From contig OX597831.1 of the NCBI GenBank assembly GCA_951406725.2, forward strand, positions 20,522,001 through 20,586,000: DNA of 64,000 bases, in the 5' to 3' direction. This stretch comes from Octopus vulgaris (Eukaryota). The stretch's first letter is position 1; each line of letters opens with the position of its first letter. The notes under the pieces were generated by a model that had not been told where the DNA came from, did not search any database, and was given only the letters and a program-made list of their open reading frames with translations. Position numbers and translations under genes: made by a program. Positions 26,226-40,165 of the stretch are shown piece after piece.

Positions 26226-27223
26226 TGTGTGTGTGTGTGTGAGGGAGAGAGAGAGATAGATAGATAGATAGATAGATAGAGTGAGAGGGAGAGAAAAGAC
26301 AGAGAAAGATTGATTAACGGTTTCCACCTACACACATGCATACACACGTGCATACATTCATACATGCATACACACATATATACATACATATATATAGTTG
26401 CGTATTCAGTGTGTATCGTTGACTCCTTATCTCCTTTTCATCCCTTTACCTCATTGTATTTCTTGGCCTTTCTGGAACACTTGTTTCTTCTTTCCATGAT
26501 GCAACGCTATAAATTTTCTCAGTAAAATTAAACTCATCGTTGCCCGTAGATGTATTAGCATTTTTGTTTCCTACCACGTACAGACAATTCTTAAGAAATA
26601 TATTCTCCTCAGCATATCTCTGTGTAAAGGCATAAAAATGCAAATTCTGAATTATAATATAAGATTTGAAAACCGTCTTACTTTTTTTTTTTATTCTTCT
26701 ATTTTCTGAGAAAGGAAAAAAAAAAAAGCAAAAAGAAAACGTACGTTATTGAAAGAAAGAAAGAAAAAAGATAATTATCTATGAACTTATGAGGATATAT
26801 AAAATGGTTGTTGTTTCTTGTATGGAAATATATATTACGTAAGTTTGACTGGAATAAATAATGAACAGAATAAACACTAAGCAAAATGAATTCTAGCAGA
26901 GATTAAGGCTTCTTTCTTATCTTCATTTTTAGCAAACTTATGTCACATTTTTACCAAATTTGGTTTTATCCTGGAGAAATCCGTATTTTTACTGAGATAT
27001 ATGTATGTATGTATGCATGTGTGTATGTATGATGGTAAGTTGGTAGTAGGCATTTCAGATCATTGCCAGTGTATTTTAAAAAGTTCACTTCACAACCACG
27101 TAATTTCGGGTTCACAGCCAATATGCGGTGACACCTTCGACAAGCGTCTTCCACAATAGCTCCAAGTTGATCAGAGCATTTCGAGTGGGTTTAGTAGACG
27201 ACAACCGTACGGAAACCTATGGA

Positions 27224-27309
<86 letters not shown>

Positions 27310-27371
27310 CCTGTCTGTCTGTCTGTCTGTCTGTATGTATGTCTGTCTGTCTATCTATCTATATGTATATG

Positions 27372-27493
<122 letters not shown>

Positions 27494-27929
27494 TCCACAC
27501 ATGTATATATTGTTCTTGGGTAGCCTACCCATGACGCTTCGATGCTAGATGTGTCGAAACAATTGTCGTGATTAATAATAAATTCTTATATTCCATCTTC
27601 CGGTTTTCATTTGCCATATACATTTATATCATTGTCAACGCTTAGAATCATCAAACAAATTGTTGGCATCCCCATCGCCCAAGGGGCCATTCCTGATACC
27701 CTAGCAGATGAAGCCACATGTCGCAACCGCCCACTCTTGCTTTGCTTTAAATGCTAAGGTACTTGTTTGAAGAAATTCTGTAATCTTCGAAATTTAATGA
27801 GACAATTTTCTTGAAATTAATAATTGTGATGCGTTTTTCATTTCTCTTTCTGTCAAAATATATGTTCTTCCTGAAACAATTCTGGGGTCAAATTTACAAA
27901 GGATGTCTAATTAACCCAGAATTAAAACC

Positions 27930-28140
27930 TCTGACTTTCTAGGATACTGAAATTTTGATTTCAGGATGTTTTGATTTAAACAATTGGAAGGCTTCCGAAG
28001 GTACCCTATACCTTGTATGGGGTACTTTCGCGCATGGACTCTTTTGCTATTTTGTTTGATTTGTAATCCATTTTCCCTGGCATAACTCTGCTTACTTCAT
28101 TTTATGAAACTGAGAAACACAACTGGTAGTTTCTTGAGGA
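27930..28140 (-). pseudogene. DNA transposase fragment (SRxMPGKxD motif; superfamily uncertain)
   Basis: Across frameshifts: NEVSRVMPGKMDY...KRVHARKY...EAFQLFKSKHPEIKIS. Confidence 0.5.
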
Positions 28141-28150
28141 AATATGCTTT

Positions 28151-28181
<31 letters not shown>

Positions 28182-28275
28182 ATATAAACACATAAATATA
28201 TATCAAATACCAGTGGTAGAGTAATATATATATATATATCAGACAGTTTTTGCTAGAATATGATGAACGGCAAAG

Positions 28276-28340
<65 letters not shown>

Positions 28341-28374
28341 TGTACACACACACTCACACATTTATATATATTTT

Positions 28375-28737
28375 ATCTTTTATGTGCTTCAGGCATTGGA
28401 CTGCGGCTATGCTAGTGAGCCTCTTTGAATTTTAAGTCGAATGAATCGACCCCATTTTTTCATAAAGCCTGGTTTTTATTCTATCGTTCTCTTTTTGCCG
28501 AGCAGCTAAGTTAAGAGGATGCAAAAACACCAACACCGGTAGTCAAGCGGTGGTGGTGGGACAACCACAAAGACACACACACACACATATATACGACAGG
28601 CTTCTTTCAGTTTCCGTCTACCAAATCCAGTCACAAGGCTTTGGCTGGCCCGAGAGTTTAGTAGAAGACACTTGCCCAAGTTGCGACACAGTGGGACTGA
28701 ATGCGGAATCACATGGTTGGGAAGCAAGCATCTTACC
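28375..28737 (-). mobile_element. SINE family A
   Basis: Reverse match to 1573-1983. Confidence 0.8.
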
Positions 28738-29034
28738 GTATACATTTATCCTTGTATATACATTGATATCAGTCTCAGAGACTTTTGAATTGAGCCTGAG
28801 CCCCTGATAAAGAAGTGGGATGGTATGACGTCACCTTCATCGCAGACACACCCAAAGACAAATCACAGTTTTGAGGAACTTAGTTTCCATGATGTGTCCA
28901 TCTCACGTCTTACGTACAGCATTTACAGTTTTCACTGTAAAGTATTGAGCAGCAGTCATGATGTCGGCATTTTGATAATTGGTGCGAATCATCGTAATAC
29001 AGGTATATCTTTTCCAATATTCAGATGGTTTAAG

Positions 29035-29250
29035 GCGGGAAGCCTACGAGATCGTTAGCACGCCGGGCCAACTGCTTACCAGCATTTCATCGGTCTTCAT
29101 GTTCTCCGTTGAAATTCCACCGAGGTTGACTTTTCCTCTCATCATTTCGTGGTCGATAAAATATGTATCGCTTGAACACTGGGGTCGATGTAATCGACTC
29201 ACTCCTTCCTCCGAAATAGCTGACAACGAGCGAAAATTTGAAATCAATAT
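29035..29250 (+). mobile_element. SINE family D, diverged
   Basis: ATCGTTAGCACGCCGGG...CCGAGGTTGACTTT...GGTCGATAAAAT...CACTGGGGTCGATGTAATCGAC. Confidence 0.7.
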
Positions 29251-29799
29251 TCAGATGGCTTCCAGTCCTCCACGTCAGTTAACTTTTTCTCAGCTACAAC
29301 TTTAATGTTCGTGCTCTGCAATGTTGTTGACTGTTTACCAATACATCAAGCTGTTTCTGAGAAAGGGAGACATAGAATATTGTCATATTTAGTGTGAAAA
29401 CCCTGCATCTCTGCCGGTGTAATTTTCGATACGAAACCTGATCAACCACATATTCCAATTTCGATAAAAATCCGTTGCGATACTTGATCCGCTCGAGTTT
29501 GCCCAGACAATCTATTCTCACTTTTGCTATCGCAAATGCTGTAAACCTGTGATCAACACCAATAGGCGCCTGTAAATATCCGGCTCTAATGTACACAAAT
29601 TGCGATACAAAATAATCAAGAATAAAGATACAATTTAAGCAGAACTTTAAATCATATACGCTTATGAACTCTAGCAAATTAGGTTGAAATTATGAACGAA
29701 TGAACCAGAAAACAAAATCTCATTAGAGAGAAGTTAATAGAAAAATAATTTTATGAATATTGAATTTCATAAAAAGAATCATTATTATATACGAAATGG

Positions 29800-29865
<66 letters not shown>

Positions 29866-30006
29866 ATGTGTGTCTATATGTATATACATCTATGTATATG
29901 TGTGTCTATATGTATATACATCTATGTATATGTGTGTATATGTACATATATATATATGTATATGTGTGTGTATATGTATATACATCTATGTATATGTGTG
30001 TGAATA

Positions 30007-30057
<51 letters not shown>

Positions 30058-30589
30058 TTGAATGTACACACACACACACACACATATGTAACCTATTGGA
30101 AATATAATAAAAATGTTTTATAAATATATTTAGAGGTGATATAAACTTGATTCAATCTCATGGATATAGAACAATTTTGGTTAAAAAAATTAATGAAAGC
30201 TAAAGAAATAAAACGTGTTAATAAATCTTCAGAGAATTGTATATAACTTTTACGAAAATATTTAGCAGACTTTCTGGCAACAGTCCAGACGTTTTATGGC
30301 GTTACAATTCACCGTTGAAATATATTGGTGCTAAATCTGGTGGGTAATTATAATGTACTCCAGTATATATTGATAATGTTGTTTTTGATGTCAGTTGTTT
30401 TAAATTTTATAGACACTTGACCGTCTATCTAGGTTTATCTCACACATGTGTGTGTGAGTGTACACGCACATACACATACATACATACGTACATACATACA
30501 TACATACGTATATACATACATGCCTACTTACGTACATACATACATACATACATACATACATACATACATACTTAACTGTATCGTTGTAT

Positions 30590-30885
30590 TACTGTTTCGA
30601 ACAGACTACCGGATGTTGTCATGCACAGCTCGCCACAATGTGCTTCCGAGCAACGGTGTTAATTTCGCTCCATGTCCTCACGTCTGTGAGACAAGTAGGC
30701 CAACATTCCCCAGGAACGGGAATGTAGCCTATCACATGGTTACTCATCTACTGCTGAGTGGACTGGAGCAACGTGAAACGAAGTGCTTGGATAAATACAC
30801 AATGTACCATAGATCAGGGAATCGAAATTATGATCTCCCGAGCACAAGATCGTGATTGCCACACCCTGACCACTAGGCCATGTGA
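30590..30885 (-). mobile_element. tRNA-derived SINE (head type 2), diverged
   Basis: Minus strand TGGCCTAGTGG...TTTCGATTCCC...ATCCAAGCACTTCGTTTCACGTTGCTCCAGTCCACTCAGC. Confidence 0.6.
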
Positions 30886-31407
30886 TGATTGCTTCATCTT
30901 GTCAGATGGTAGCCATCTTGCATTCGGTCTCATTGTTATGATTTACTTTCATCCTTACATGTGCGCGGATAGGACTTTTCACGCCAAACAAGAAATAGAA
31001 AGAATAGTTAAACATGTGTGCATCATTGGATTTAAGTGACAAAAGATTGTACAACACTTTTGCCACATTCTTGGGCGTCGCCTAAGTAGATTCTAGTGGC
31101 AAGCGCTTCAAGATAACTGGTACTGTTTTAACTGCTAGTTTTAAATCAGATTATCTTTCTCCTAGAAGAGCCACCTTCCACAAGGCTTTGTTAAAAATAA
31201 CGAGAGCTTCCTCTATCCCTAGGAAATGTATTTGACTCATAGATGGGACCCTGATAGGAACTACTGTTTCGGATCAGAATGGGTTTGGGATAAATGGTAA
31301 TTACTGTAACCCTAACCCATGCTCCCCATGACTCCAGAACTCCCGAACTGGAGTCTCGCCACCTTATGCAATTTAGTGTCATATTCCGGACATATAAATA
31401 CATCCTT

Positions 31408-31512
31408 TCATAAGGCTTTGGTTGGCCCGGGGCTATAGTAAAACACTCTTGCCGAAGGTGCCATGCAGTGGGACAGAAGCTGACGCCACATGGCTGGGAA
31501 GGAAGCTTTTTA
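31408..31512 (-). mobile_element. SINE family A fragment
   Basis: GGCTTTGGTTGGCCCGGGGCTATAGTA...GGTGCCATGCAGTGGGAC. Confidence 0.7.
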
Positions 31513-31792
31513 AACGAAAAATACTGATTCGTGACAAAGATATACGGAAAATAAACTGTTTCTGTGCCAAGAGACATTTATGGGAGAAAAATATTGACAA
31601 AATAACGTAAAAAAAGATGAGTGGATTTACTAGCAATAATGTCAGAATAGACACATACGCACACGCATACAGAGGTACATACATACACACACATGAACAT
31701 ACACACACACGCACACAAATACACGTACATATATTCATACATACAGACACGTACATACCTGTGCACACATATAAACACAGACACACACACAC

Positions 31793-31840
<48 letters not shown>

Positions 31841-32646
31841 GGTTTTGGGAGTGAATCTGCTGTCGAGTTAGACATTTATATTCCTCCATTTTGAAACGTC
31901 ACTAGCAACACTAAAATATATATACATTCGTGGTGTTTTACGAAAAAATAGTATTGACATGGAAAGATATAACTAAAGAATATGCTATTCTTCACGTGAA
32001 AAACAAATCTATATTTGTCTCACCAAGTGCCCGGTTGGTGGGGAAGAGATGCGTTCTTTTTGTTTTATCGAAAAATCCATTACTCATTTATCCATTTTCG
32101 ATCACATTATTCTTTACATTAGTCGTATTCGGATACGACACGTCGTAACAAATCAATGCTGGCTGTAATTTCTTCGAAAAATACGAAGAGGTAATCTTAA
32201 CAAGTTATGGAAACAAGTTGCAAGTAGCGCTGGCTGCCGATTTTTTTGGGGGAGAATGAGACCTCACTTAGTCAAAGTAAACTGTAAGGGTCTGTATCTG
32301 TTATTTTCAGGATTGAGAACGAAGGAAGTACACAGGCTGAGCAGCTGCAATGCAGTATATTGCTGCCTGCAGAGCTGTAACACTGTGGAGATGTTGAAAT
32401 GTGAGTGTTGGTACTGGGTCAAAACAGTGGTTCAAATTTTGGCTCAATGCCAGCAATTTTGGTGACAGGGTAAGTCGATTACATCAATCCCAGTGTTCAA
32501 CTGGTACTTATTTTATCGTCCCTCAAAAGAGTGAGAGGCAAAGCCGACCCCAGCAGCAGTTGAACTCAGAATGTAAAGATGGATGAAATGACACTAATGA
32601 AGAATCATCACTGGTGCCAAGCTGTATCGGCATTTGCCTTTCCCTT

Positions 32647-33435
32647 GGGCGAAGTACCTCACCAGAAAACAAACAAATTGCTCTCAGTACCAAAACTGAT
32701 TAAGAAGCCGACGGGCCCTTTCTTCCGATGATGCCCAGTAAGGATTAGGGGAAGAAGGGGGAGGTGATTTGTCCATATGAGCAACAGCTCACCGCCTTCT
32801 TTAAAAAAAGTACCAGCAGGCAGCCACAGAGAATCGAACCCGGCACCAATCAGCTACAGGCTGTGCGCTCTGTAACATTAAAATAAATGACCCCTAACAC
32901 CGGGTCAAAATATTGATAACGACATGGGCCTTGATTCAAAGTTATCCTCGTTGGGTAGTATGAAATGATAGAGAATGCTGAGGTGAATAATAACGATGCG
33001 TGATCAGTTGGGGTTTCAAGAGACACACAAATTCAAGCGACGACCGATGCAGAACATCCTCCTGGGACTGTTCCCAGTCGTTGGTGCTAAAGTAAAAGTA
33101 ATGAGCACTGTAGTGGAGGACAGGAAGTCCAGCTCTAATTAACTAGATTTCATGTCCTTCACTACTAGTATCACAATAGCCAAAACCACTTGAGGGCTTT
33201 TAACCTACATAAACAGCGAAGACCATAGTAAAGAAAAACGCAATAGAATAATCGACAATGGACCTCAGAATATACAGCTGTTTCCAAAGCTCTACGGGCG
33301 AAGTACCTCACCAGAAAAGAAACAAATTGCCCTCAGTACCAAAACTGATTAAGAAACCGACGGGCTCTTTCATCCGGTGATGCCCAGTAGGGATTAGGGG
33401 AAGAAGTGGGAGGTGATTTGTCCATATGAGCAACA
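32647..33435 (+). repeat. 140-bp direct repeat (32647-32786 and 33296-33435)
   Basis: GGGCGAAGTACCTCACCAGAAAA...GTCCATATGAGCAACA twice with few substitutions. Confidence 0.9.
32822..32875 (-). other. tRNA-like fragment (probable SINE head or pseudo-tRNA)
   Basis: Minus strand AGAGCGCACAGCCTGTAGCTG...CCGGGTTCGATTCTCTG with a T-arm/B-box; 5' half missing. Confidence 0.45.
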
Positions 33436-33823
33436 AGTTCCTCTCTCCAGTGAGTTACTGTCACGGAGATAATGAATGAAGCTACCTCATGCCCAATCCT
33501 GGAAACCCACGGCCAGGTATTCCGTCACCTTACCGCAAGTTGTTGCACTACGGCGAGGGCGGGAAGGAGAAAAAGAGGAAGTAGAATGGCGACACCCAGC
33601 AGAAGACAAACAGAAAAGTAACGGAGCTCTCTTCTCAACATGTCGACAACGAAGACAACATGAAGCCCCTACTGTCCCTCAAAAGCCTAATCCTAACTCA
33701 AATAAATAGAATAAAAGACGTGCGGAGGATATTGTGTAAAAGGGTTTAGAAGCAGCCGTCTATGGGTATACATTGTAACAGCCCGTCGCTGAATCCTCCA
33801 TTTGTTGGTGGTACCCTACTCCT

Positions 33824-34054
33824 GGCGGTTAGCTGGCAGAAACGTTAGCACGACGGGCGAAATGCTTAGCAGTATTTCGTCTGCCGCTACGTTCTGAGTT
33901 CAAATTCCGCCGAGGTCGACTTTGCTTTTCATCCTTTCGGGGTCGATTAAATAAGTACCAGTTACGCACTGGTGTCGATATAATCGACTTAATCCGTTTG
34001 TCTGTCCTTGTTTGTCCTCTCTGTGTTTAGCCCCTTGTGGGTAGTAAAGAAATA
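33824..34054 (+). mobile_element. SINE family D (tRNA head + Meta-type domain), young, with TSD
   Basis: GAGTTCAAATTCC B-box; GGTCGACTTTGCTTTTCATCCTTTCGGGGTCGATTAAATAAGTACCAG resembles the MetaSINE domain; GGTACCCTAC(T/A)CCTGGCGG at 33810 and 34055. Confidence 0.85.
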
Positions 34055-35286
34055 GGTACCCTACACCTGGCGGATGAAAACTTTGTACTTCTCAGGTGAC
34101 AACCCTCCCAACCCTTAGGTTTGTTTGGGTTGTCGTTGCTAGTGATGGTTTTACAAGATCGGAGAGCTAATCCCACTTCAATTTCTTTTAATTGCCTTTT
34201 ACAACACGCAAAAGAAATGATGGGTCTATTCTTTGACGTGACGGTTCCCACACAGCACTAGAGCAATGTAAAATGAAGTGCTTTGCTCAAGAACATAATC
34301 CGCTGCCCGGTCCGGTAACCGGGCCAACAACCTGGCTACCGTCAGTGCAACGTCCTAACCACTTGGCCACACGCTTTCACATGCGTTTGATAACAGGAAA
34401 CCAGTCACAGACCCAAAATACAGAATATATCGCATAATCTATGTTGTGTCTTCTTTGTAGAACGTCTCACATTTAACTTCTACGACTACTATCTTTCTTA
34501 AATAATTTTTTCAGAAATTCTTTATTATTTAACTTGCTTTTTTTTTGTAAAGTTATTTTGCGAGGCAGACTTATTATTTGTATGCTATCTACACATTAAA
34601 CTTCTTCCCATATTTAATGGTATAGAATATTTATGTTCTCCACTTCGCTTATTTCTTCCACACGTCTTTGTAATCCGCATATCTAACGTTCATTGTGTGG
34701 TATTGTATGTTTCTTACCCTCCTGGCTAATAAACAACCAGCCATTATTGGTGTATTGTTAAATTCTGGTGCATCCCAGAATTGTGTCTTTGAATTTTTTT
34801 TTGTCTATCTGTGTCTCCTTACAATTTGGTCCTACATTTCTGCACTCTACCCGAAGCGTTTCCGAACACTGTAGTTAGACCTATCATCGTGAAAAAAAGC
34901 CAGACGTAATTATCAAACTGAAGAATATGAAGATGTTGCGAGTGAGACGTGTAAATGGTCTCAAACGTTCACATTTAAGTCTCTGTCGTTGATGAACTAT
35001 TATATTCTTATCGATTGATAAGAATTATCTCGAAAGGTCAAGCAATTGGATCCCATTATTATAGGTGACCCGGAGGGAGGTGAATGCAAAAGAAAAGACT
35101 CAAATACCTACACACACAGACACACACACACACAGAAACAGACATGCGCGCGCGCAACACACACACACACACGACTGTGTTCTTGTGGGCGTATATCACT
35201 TTCTAAAAAGTTATATGTGTATTGTGTATATATGTGAGCCTGTGTACGCGCGCGCGTGTTTACAGGAGGGTGGGATACATGCATCT

Positions 35287-35462
<176 letters not shown>

Positions 35463-35537
35463 ATGTTGTATGTACATGCATTCATGTACTTACATATACT
35501 TACGAAACATAAAAATATGTACATTCACCTATAGATG

Positions 35538-35697
35538 TGAGCGTCGTTGTGCGACAGAAGTTTGCGTCCGAACCAGTTGGTTCTGTGTTCAGCCCCAGTG
35601 CGTGGCACTTTGGGCTGGTTTCTTGTACTATTGTCTCGGACGGGTCATAGCCATGTAAGGGAATTTCGGAGACGGAAACTGAAAGAATCCCGTCGCA
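35538..35697 (+). mobile_element. SINE family A head, diverged
   Basis: TGCGTGGCACTTTGGGC...GACGGAAACTGAAAGAATCCCGTCG. Confidence 0.65.
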
Positions 35698-35713
35698 TAT
35701 ATATATGTTTGTG

Positions 35714-35781
<68 letters not shown>

Positions 35782-36020
35782 CGACATTCCTCACTATTAT
35801 TGGCACAAAGCCTGAAAAACTTGGGGAAGGGTGCTAGACGATTACAGCGACTCCAATACTCTGCTGGTACTTATCTTATCACTCCCGAAAGGATGAGAAG
35901 CAATGTCGTTTTGACCTTGGTGGTATTTGAACTCAGAAAGTAATGACGGACAAAATGCTTAAAGGCATTTTGTCTAGCACGGCTCGCCGCTTTAGATAGA
36001 TAGATTGAAAGAGAACGAGA

Positions 36021-36089
<69 letters not shown>

Positions 36090-36204
36090 TATATGAATAT
36101 AAAGGGAGGGTTGCATGCGAGGGCTTAGCAAATGTAGAGGTAAAAAGAAACGTTTAGGTCATCTTCATCCAAATGCTGCACTGCATATTTTCCACTTCAA
36201 GATT

Positions 36205-36437
36205 CTTATTTCTTTATTGCCCACAAGGGGCTAAACATAGAGGGGACAAACAAGGACAAATAAAGGGTTTAAGTCGATTAAATCGACCCCAGTGCGTAAC
36301 TGGTACTTAATTTACCAACACCCAAAAGAATGAAAGGTAAAGTCGACCTCGGCGGAATTTGAACTCAGAACGTAATGGCAGACGAAATACCGCTAAGCAT
36401 TTCGCCTGGCGTGCTAACGTTTCTGCCAGCTCGCCGC
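36205..36437 (-). mobile_element. SINE family D, young
   Basis: Reverse match to 33824-34054. Confidence 0.85.
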
Positions 36438-36464
36438 ATTTACAATTCTGCCAACCAAAAGGTC

Positions 36465-37020
36465 TCTATCAGTCAAAGTTGACCTTGTTTATGCAAGTGT
36501 AGTTGCAGGCCTTGGAAAGATGTACTGGATGAAGACTAGCAGTTGGCCATACATCCAAGTCTTCTTTCCTCGTGAAAGTTATACGGAGATACCTGAAAAT
36601 TGTGCCATCGAGAGTTTCCAATGCATAGACAAGTCCAAAATATCTGTCAAAGTATCAAGATAAACATAGATTACCGACGGATGCATCTAAATAATAGATT
36701 CACTCTCCATGATACTGAACTTAGAGATTTTTATTATGTGAAACTCATGGCCTCTGGGTATATAGCCCATAGGAATTCTGTTAAATTTCAAAGCGTTAAG
36801 GTAAAAATACTCAGTTTTAGTTAGGATAATGGATAACACATGCCTTTTGTATAAACCATGTGAAGGTAGAAAACTTGTGCAGGACTACATGCACCAAATG
36901 CAGTTCTAAGGCTGCCATGTTGCTGATTAGGGCTAATACAGCCTGGGGCTATTGTCGTTGCACGTTCTCACATCAGAACACAAATAACCTGAAGAAACAG
37001 CCCAAGGTATCATGCCTGAC
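36465..37020 (-). mobile_element. Possible old LINE (RTE-like) fragment
   Basis: Coding-like composition with HWKLS...RGKKTW remnants; heavily degraded. Confidence 0.3.
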
Positions 37021-37796
37021 CCTCTTACAGTTCTGTAGATATATCATCCTGGATTTAGGAAGAAAGGACGAAAGGCGAAGCTGACTTCGATGTAATTTGG
37101 ACGTAGAGTGCAGAAATGAGAATAAATATTTTGAGGCGTTTTATCAAACGACTCTAACGACTCTACATATCCGCCATCTTACATACAGTCTGTACAACTT
37201 TACAGAAGAAGAAGAAGAAAACAAAGGAGAATGAAGACGAAAGAGAAATTGAAGAAAGATGGAAAGGAAGACAGAGGAGATGAACAAGAATAGTAATAAG
37301 AAGGCGAAAGAGTAGAAGAAAATAAAAGCAAAGAAAGTAGAAGAGTAAAGGAGGGAGAGATGTAGAAGAAAAGGTAAAGAAGAAAAAGAAAACGAAGAGG
37401 AAGACGTAGAAGACACAAAAGACAAAACATGTAAAAGATAAAGAAGAAGAAAAAAAAAAAGCAGCTTTAGTTTAGTTTCAACACACGATATTTCATAAAC
37501 ATGCACCATAGCAAAATAACATAGAAAAAAAAAACCTTAAGATACAAATTTTATGGAAACAACAACAACAACAACAACAACAACATATACAGCAATAAAG
37601 AAAAGTAACAGGAAGAAAGAGTAGTAGTTAGAGTACAAAGATTATTATGAACAGGAATAGATATACGGTAAATATCGTGGCATGTATTGAACAGAGCAGA
37701 GTGGAGAGAATTAGAAGGTAATAGAAAGTATTGTTACTGGCAATGGTATTAGAAAAAAGCAGCGTGAAGTGTCTAGTGAAACCATTCGCCAAGTTA

Positions 37797-38006
<210 letters not shown>

Positions 38007-38095
38007 TCACACACACACACTCATATATATATATATATATATTTGAAAGGATAAAAGAATAAAAGTATATCTATATCTATATCTATCTATCTATC

Positions 38096-38181
<86 letters not shown>

Positions 38182-38227
38182 GGTGCATGAGTGGCTGTGT
38201 GGTAAGAAGCAAGCTTCTTACCACACA

Positions 38228-38452
38228 GGCGATCTGGCAGAATCGTTAGTACGCCTGGCGAAATGCTTCGTAGTATTTCATCTGCCGCTACGTTCTGAGT
38301 TCAAATTCTGCCGAGGTCGACTTTGCCTTTCATCCTTTCGGGGGTCGATAAATTAAGTACCAGTTACTCACTGGGGTCGATATAATCGACTTAATCCGTT
38401 TGTCTGTCCTTGCTTGTTCTCTCAGTGTTTAGCCCCTTGTGTGTAGTAAATA
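38228..38452 (+). mobile_element. SINE family D, young
   Basis: Close match to 33824-34054. Confidence 0.85.
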
Positions 38453-39049
38453 AGTATTTATAATATATACGTAGTCATAAACTATTTTGCTGACACGGCT
38501 GCATTAATACATTTAAGACTTAAAGACGAGCGACATGTCCGAATGCGAGCTGTCCTGATCGATTGTTGTTAATGGTCTACAGGTGTGTATAAATAGCGAT
38601 TAGAGGGATATGAACGTGGTGGTGGCGGAGGTATAAAAAAAACAGAGATAAGGGAAAAGAGAGGCTGAGAGAGGGAGCAGAGAGGAGAAGAGAGAGAGAG
38701 AGAGAGGAGAGAGAAATTGTGATTTTGAGTGAAAAGAAGATGAATGCTGCTGCTGTGAGTGGAGAGAAGGAACAGATAACAAGGAGAGGGAGAAATAGTC
38801 AGATTAAGAGTGAGACAGGGAGAGGGAAGAAGGGAAGGAGGCGGCGATTGTATATGGGAAATGATGATGATGATGATTCTGAGAGAAACAAAGTTGTCTA
38901 TGCTTGTGTGTGTGTGTGTGTTTGTTTATGATTTTGTGTCAATGTCTTAGTTGTAGGTAAATGAAAAGAAAATGGAACAAAAAAACACCTGTTATTGGAT
39001 GTGGACGTATTAAATCAGTCTCTTTTGACGGCTGTATTTATCTTTAGTA

Positions 39050-39317
39050 CTTTGTTTCAATCATTGTTTTGTGGCCATGCTGGGGCACTCCCTTGAAGTA
39101 CTTAGTCGAACGAATCGATCTCTGTGCAATTTAAAAAAAAACAAAACCTGTCAGATAGACTGACAGATAGGCCGAACCGCAAAGTTACATGGACATAAAT
39201 AAACCAACACCAGTTGTTTCTATACCCTGTAAAAGAGCTCGGAAGGTTGGGTCTCCAGTCAGGCCTTTCGCCGCGATATCCTTAAAGCGAGGAACTTTTA
39301 AGCCCCACCCTCGTATT

Positions 39318-39360
<43 letters not shown>

Positions 39361-39500
39361 CGAACTCTTTTCACTTCACGTCTACGAGGTCCACTCCCAA
39401 GGCTATGGTCGACTCGGAACTATATTAGAAGATACTTTGGGATTGAACCCGGAACCATGTGGTTGGGAAGCAAACCTGTTAGCATACAGCCACGCCTGTG
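39050..39500 (-). mobile_element. SINE family A, diverged and interrupted
   Basis: GAACCCGGAACCATGTGGTTGGGAAGC head and GGCCATGCTGGGGCAC tail. Confidence 0.7.
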
Positions 39501-39601
39501 CCTTTTTTGTTTTTACATACACTTTTTTGTATTTCCTTGTGACTCTGTATTCGTCGGAATGTGTTTGTATCTATTTCCATGCGCATGTACGTATAAATAT
39601 G

Positions 39602-39685
<84 letters not shown>

Positions 39686-39765
39686 CATATATATATACAT
39701 ATATATGTATATATATGTGTACAGGTTCGAGATATGAGATTCTGGAAATATTAAAAATCAACCTA

Positions 39766-40165
39766 TTAACCCTTTTGAAATATTTATGTTGAAATTCATT
39801 GCCTTTGACTTACGTAATTAATTTTAGGAATAATGAAGAATTTAGAAAAATAAGTTTATCGTTTTATGTTCATTTATGTGCCAAATACTAACTTAATTGT
39901 TAGAATTTGGGACATAAATTAACACGAAATTTTGATGGATGGCTTTAATTAAAATAACTTCAGCGCTTTTGATACCAACAACCCTCTTGAGACCAGCCCT
40001 GGTTCTATGTTATAAACAGCTTAGCCCTTTTGCTACCATATTTCTGCTGAAATGCACTGCCGTTGTTTTAATTAATTTCGAAAATAATGAAGAATTTATT
40101 CCAATAATTTTCTCCTCATTAAGCCGGTGTTTTAATTATAAACCTCGAAGAAATCTTGATGGAAG
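39766..40165 (+). mobile_element. Tandem units starting TTA(A/G)CCCTTTTG (piggyBac-like end)
   Basis: Units at about 39766 and 40021 share AATAATGAAGAATTTA...TTGATGGA. Confidence 0.45.

Noticed and set aside
29294-29677. 127-aa non-repetitive ORF on the minus strand
   Set aside because: No recognisable domain, non-ATG start and no convincing splice context. It could be a TE or pseudogene remnant; BLASTX is needed.
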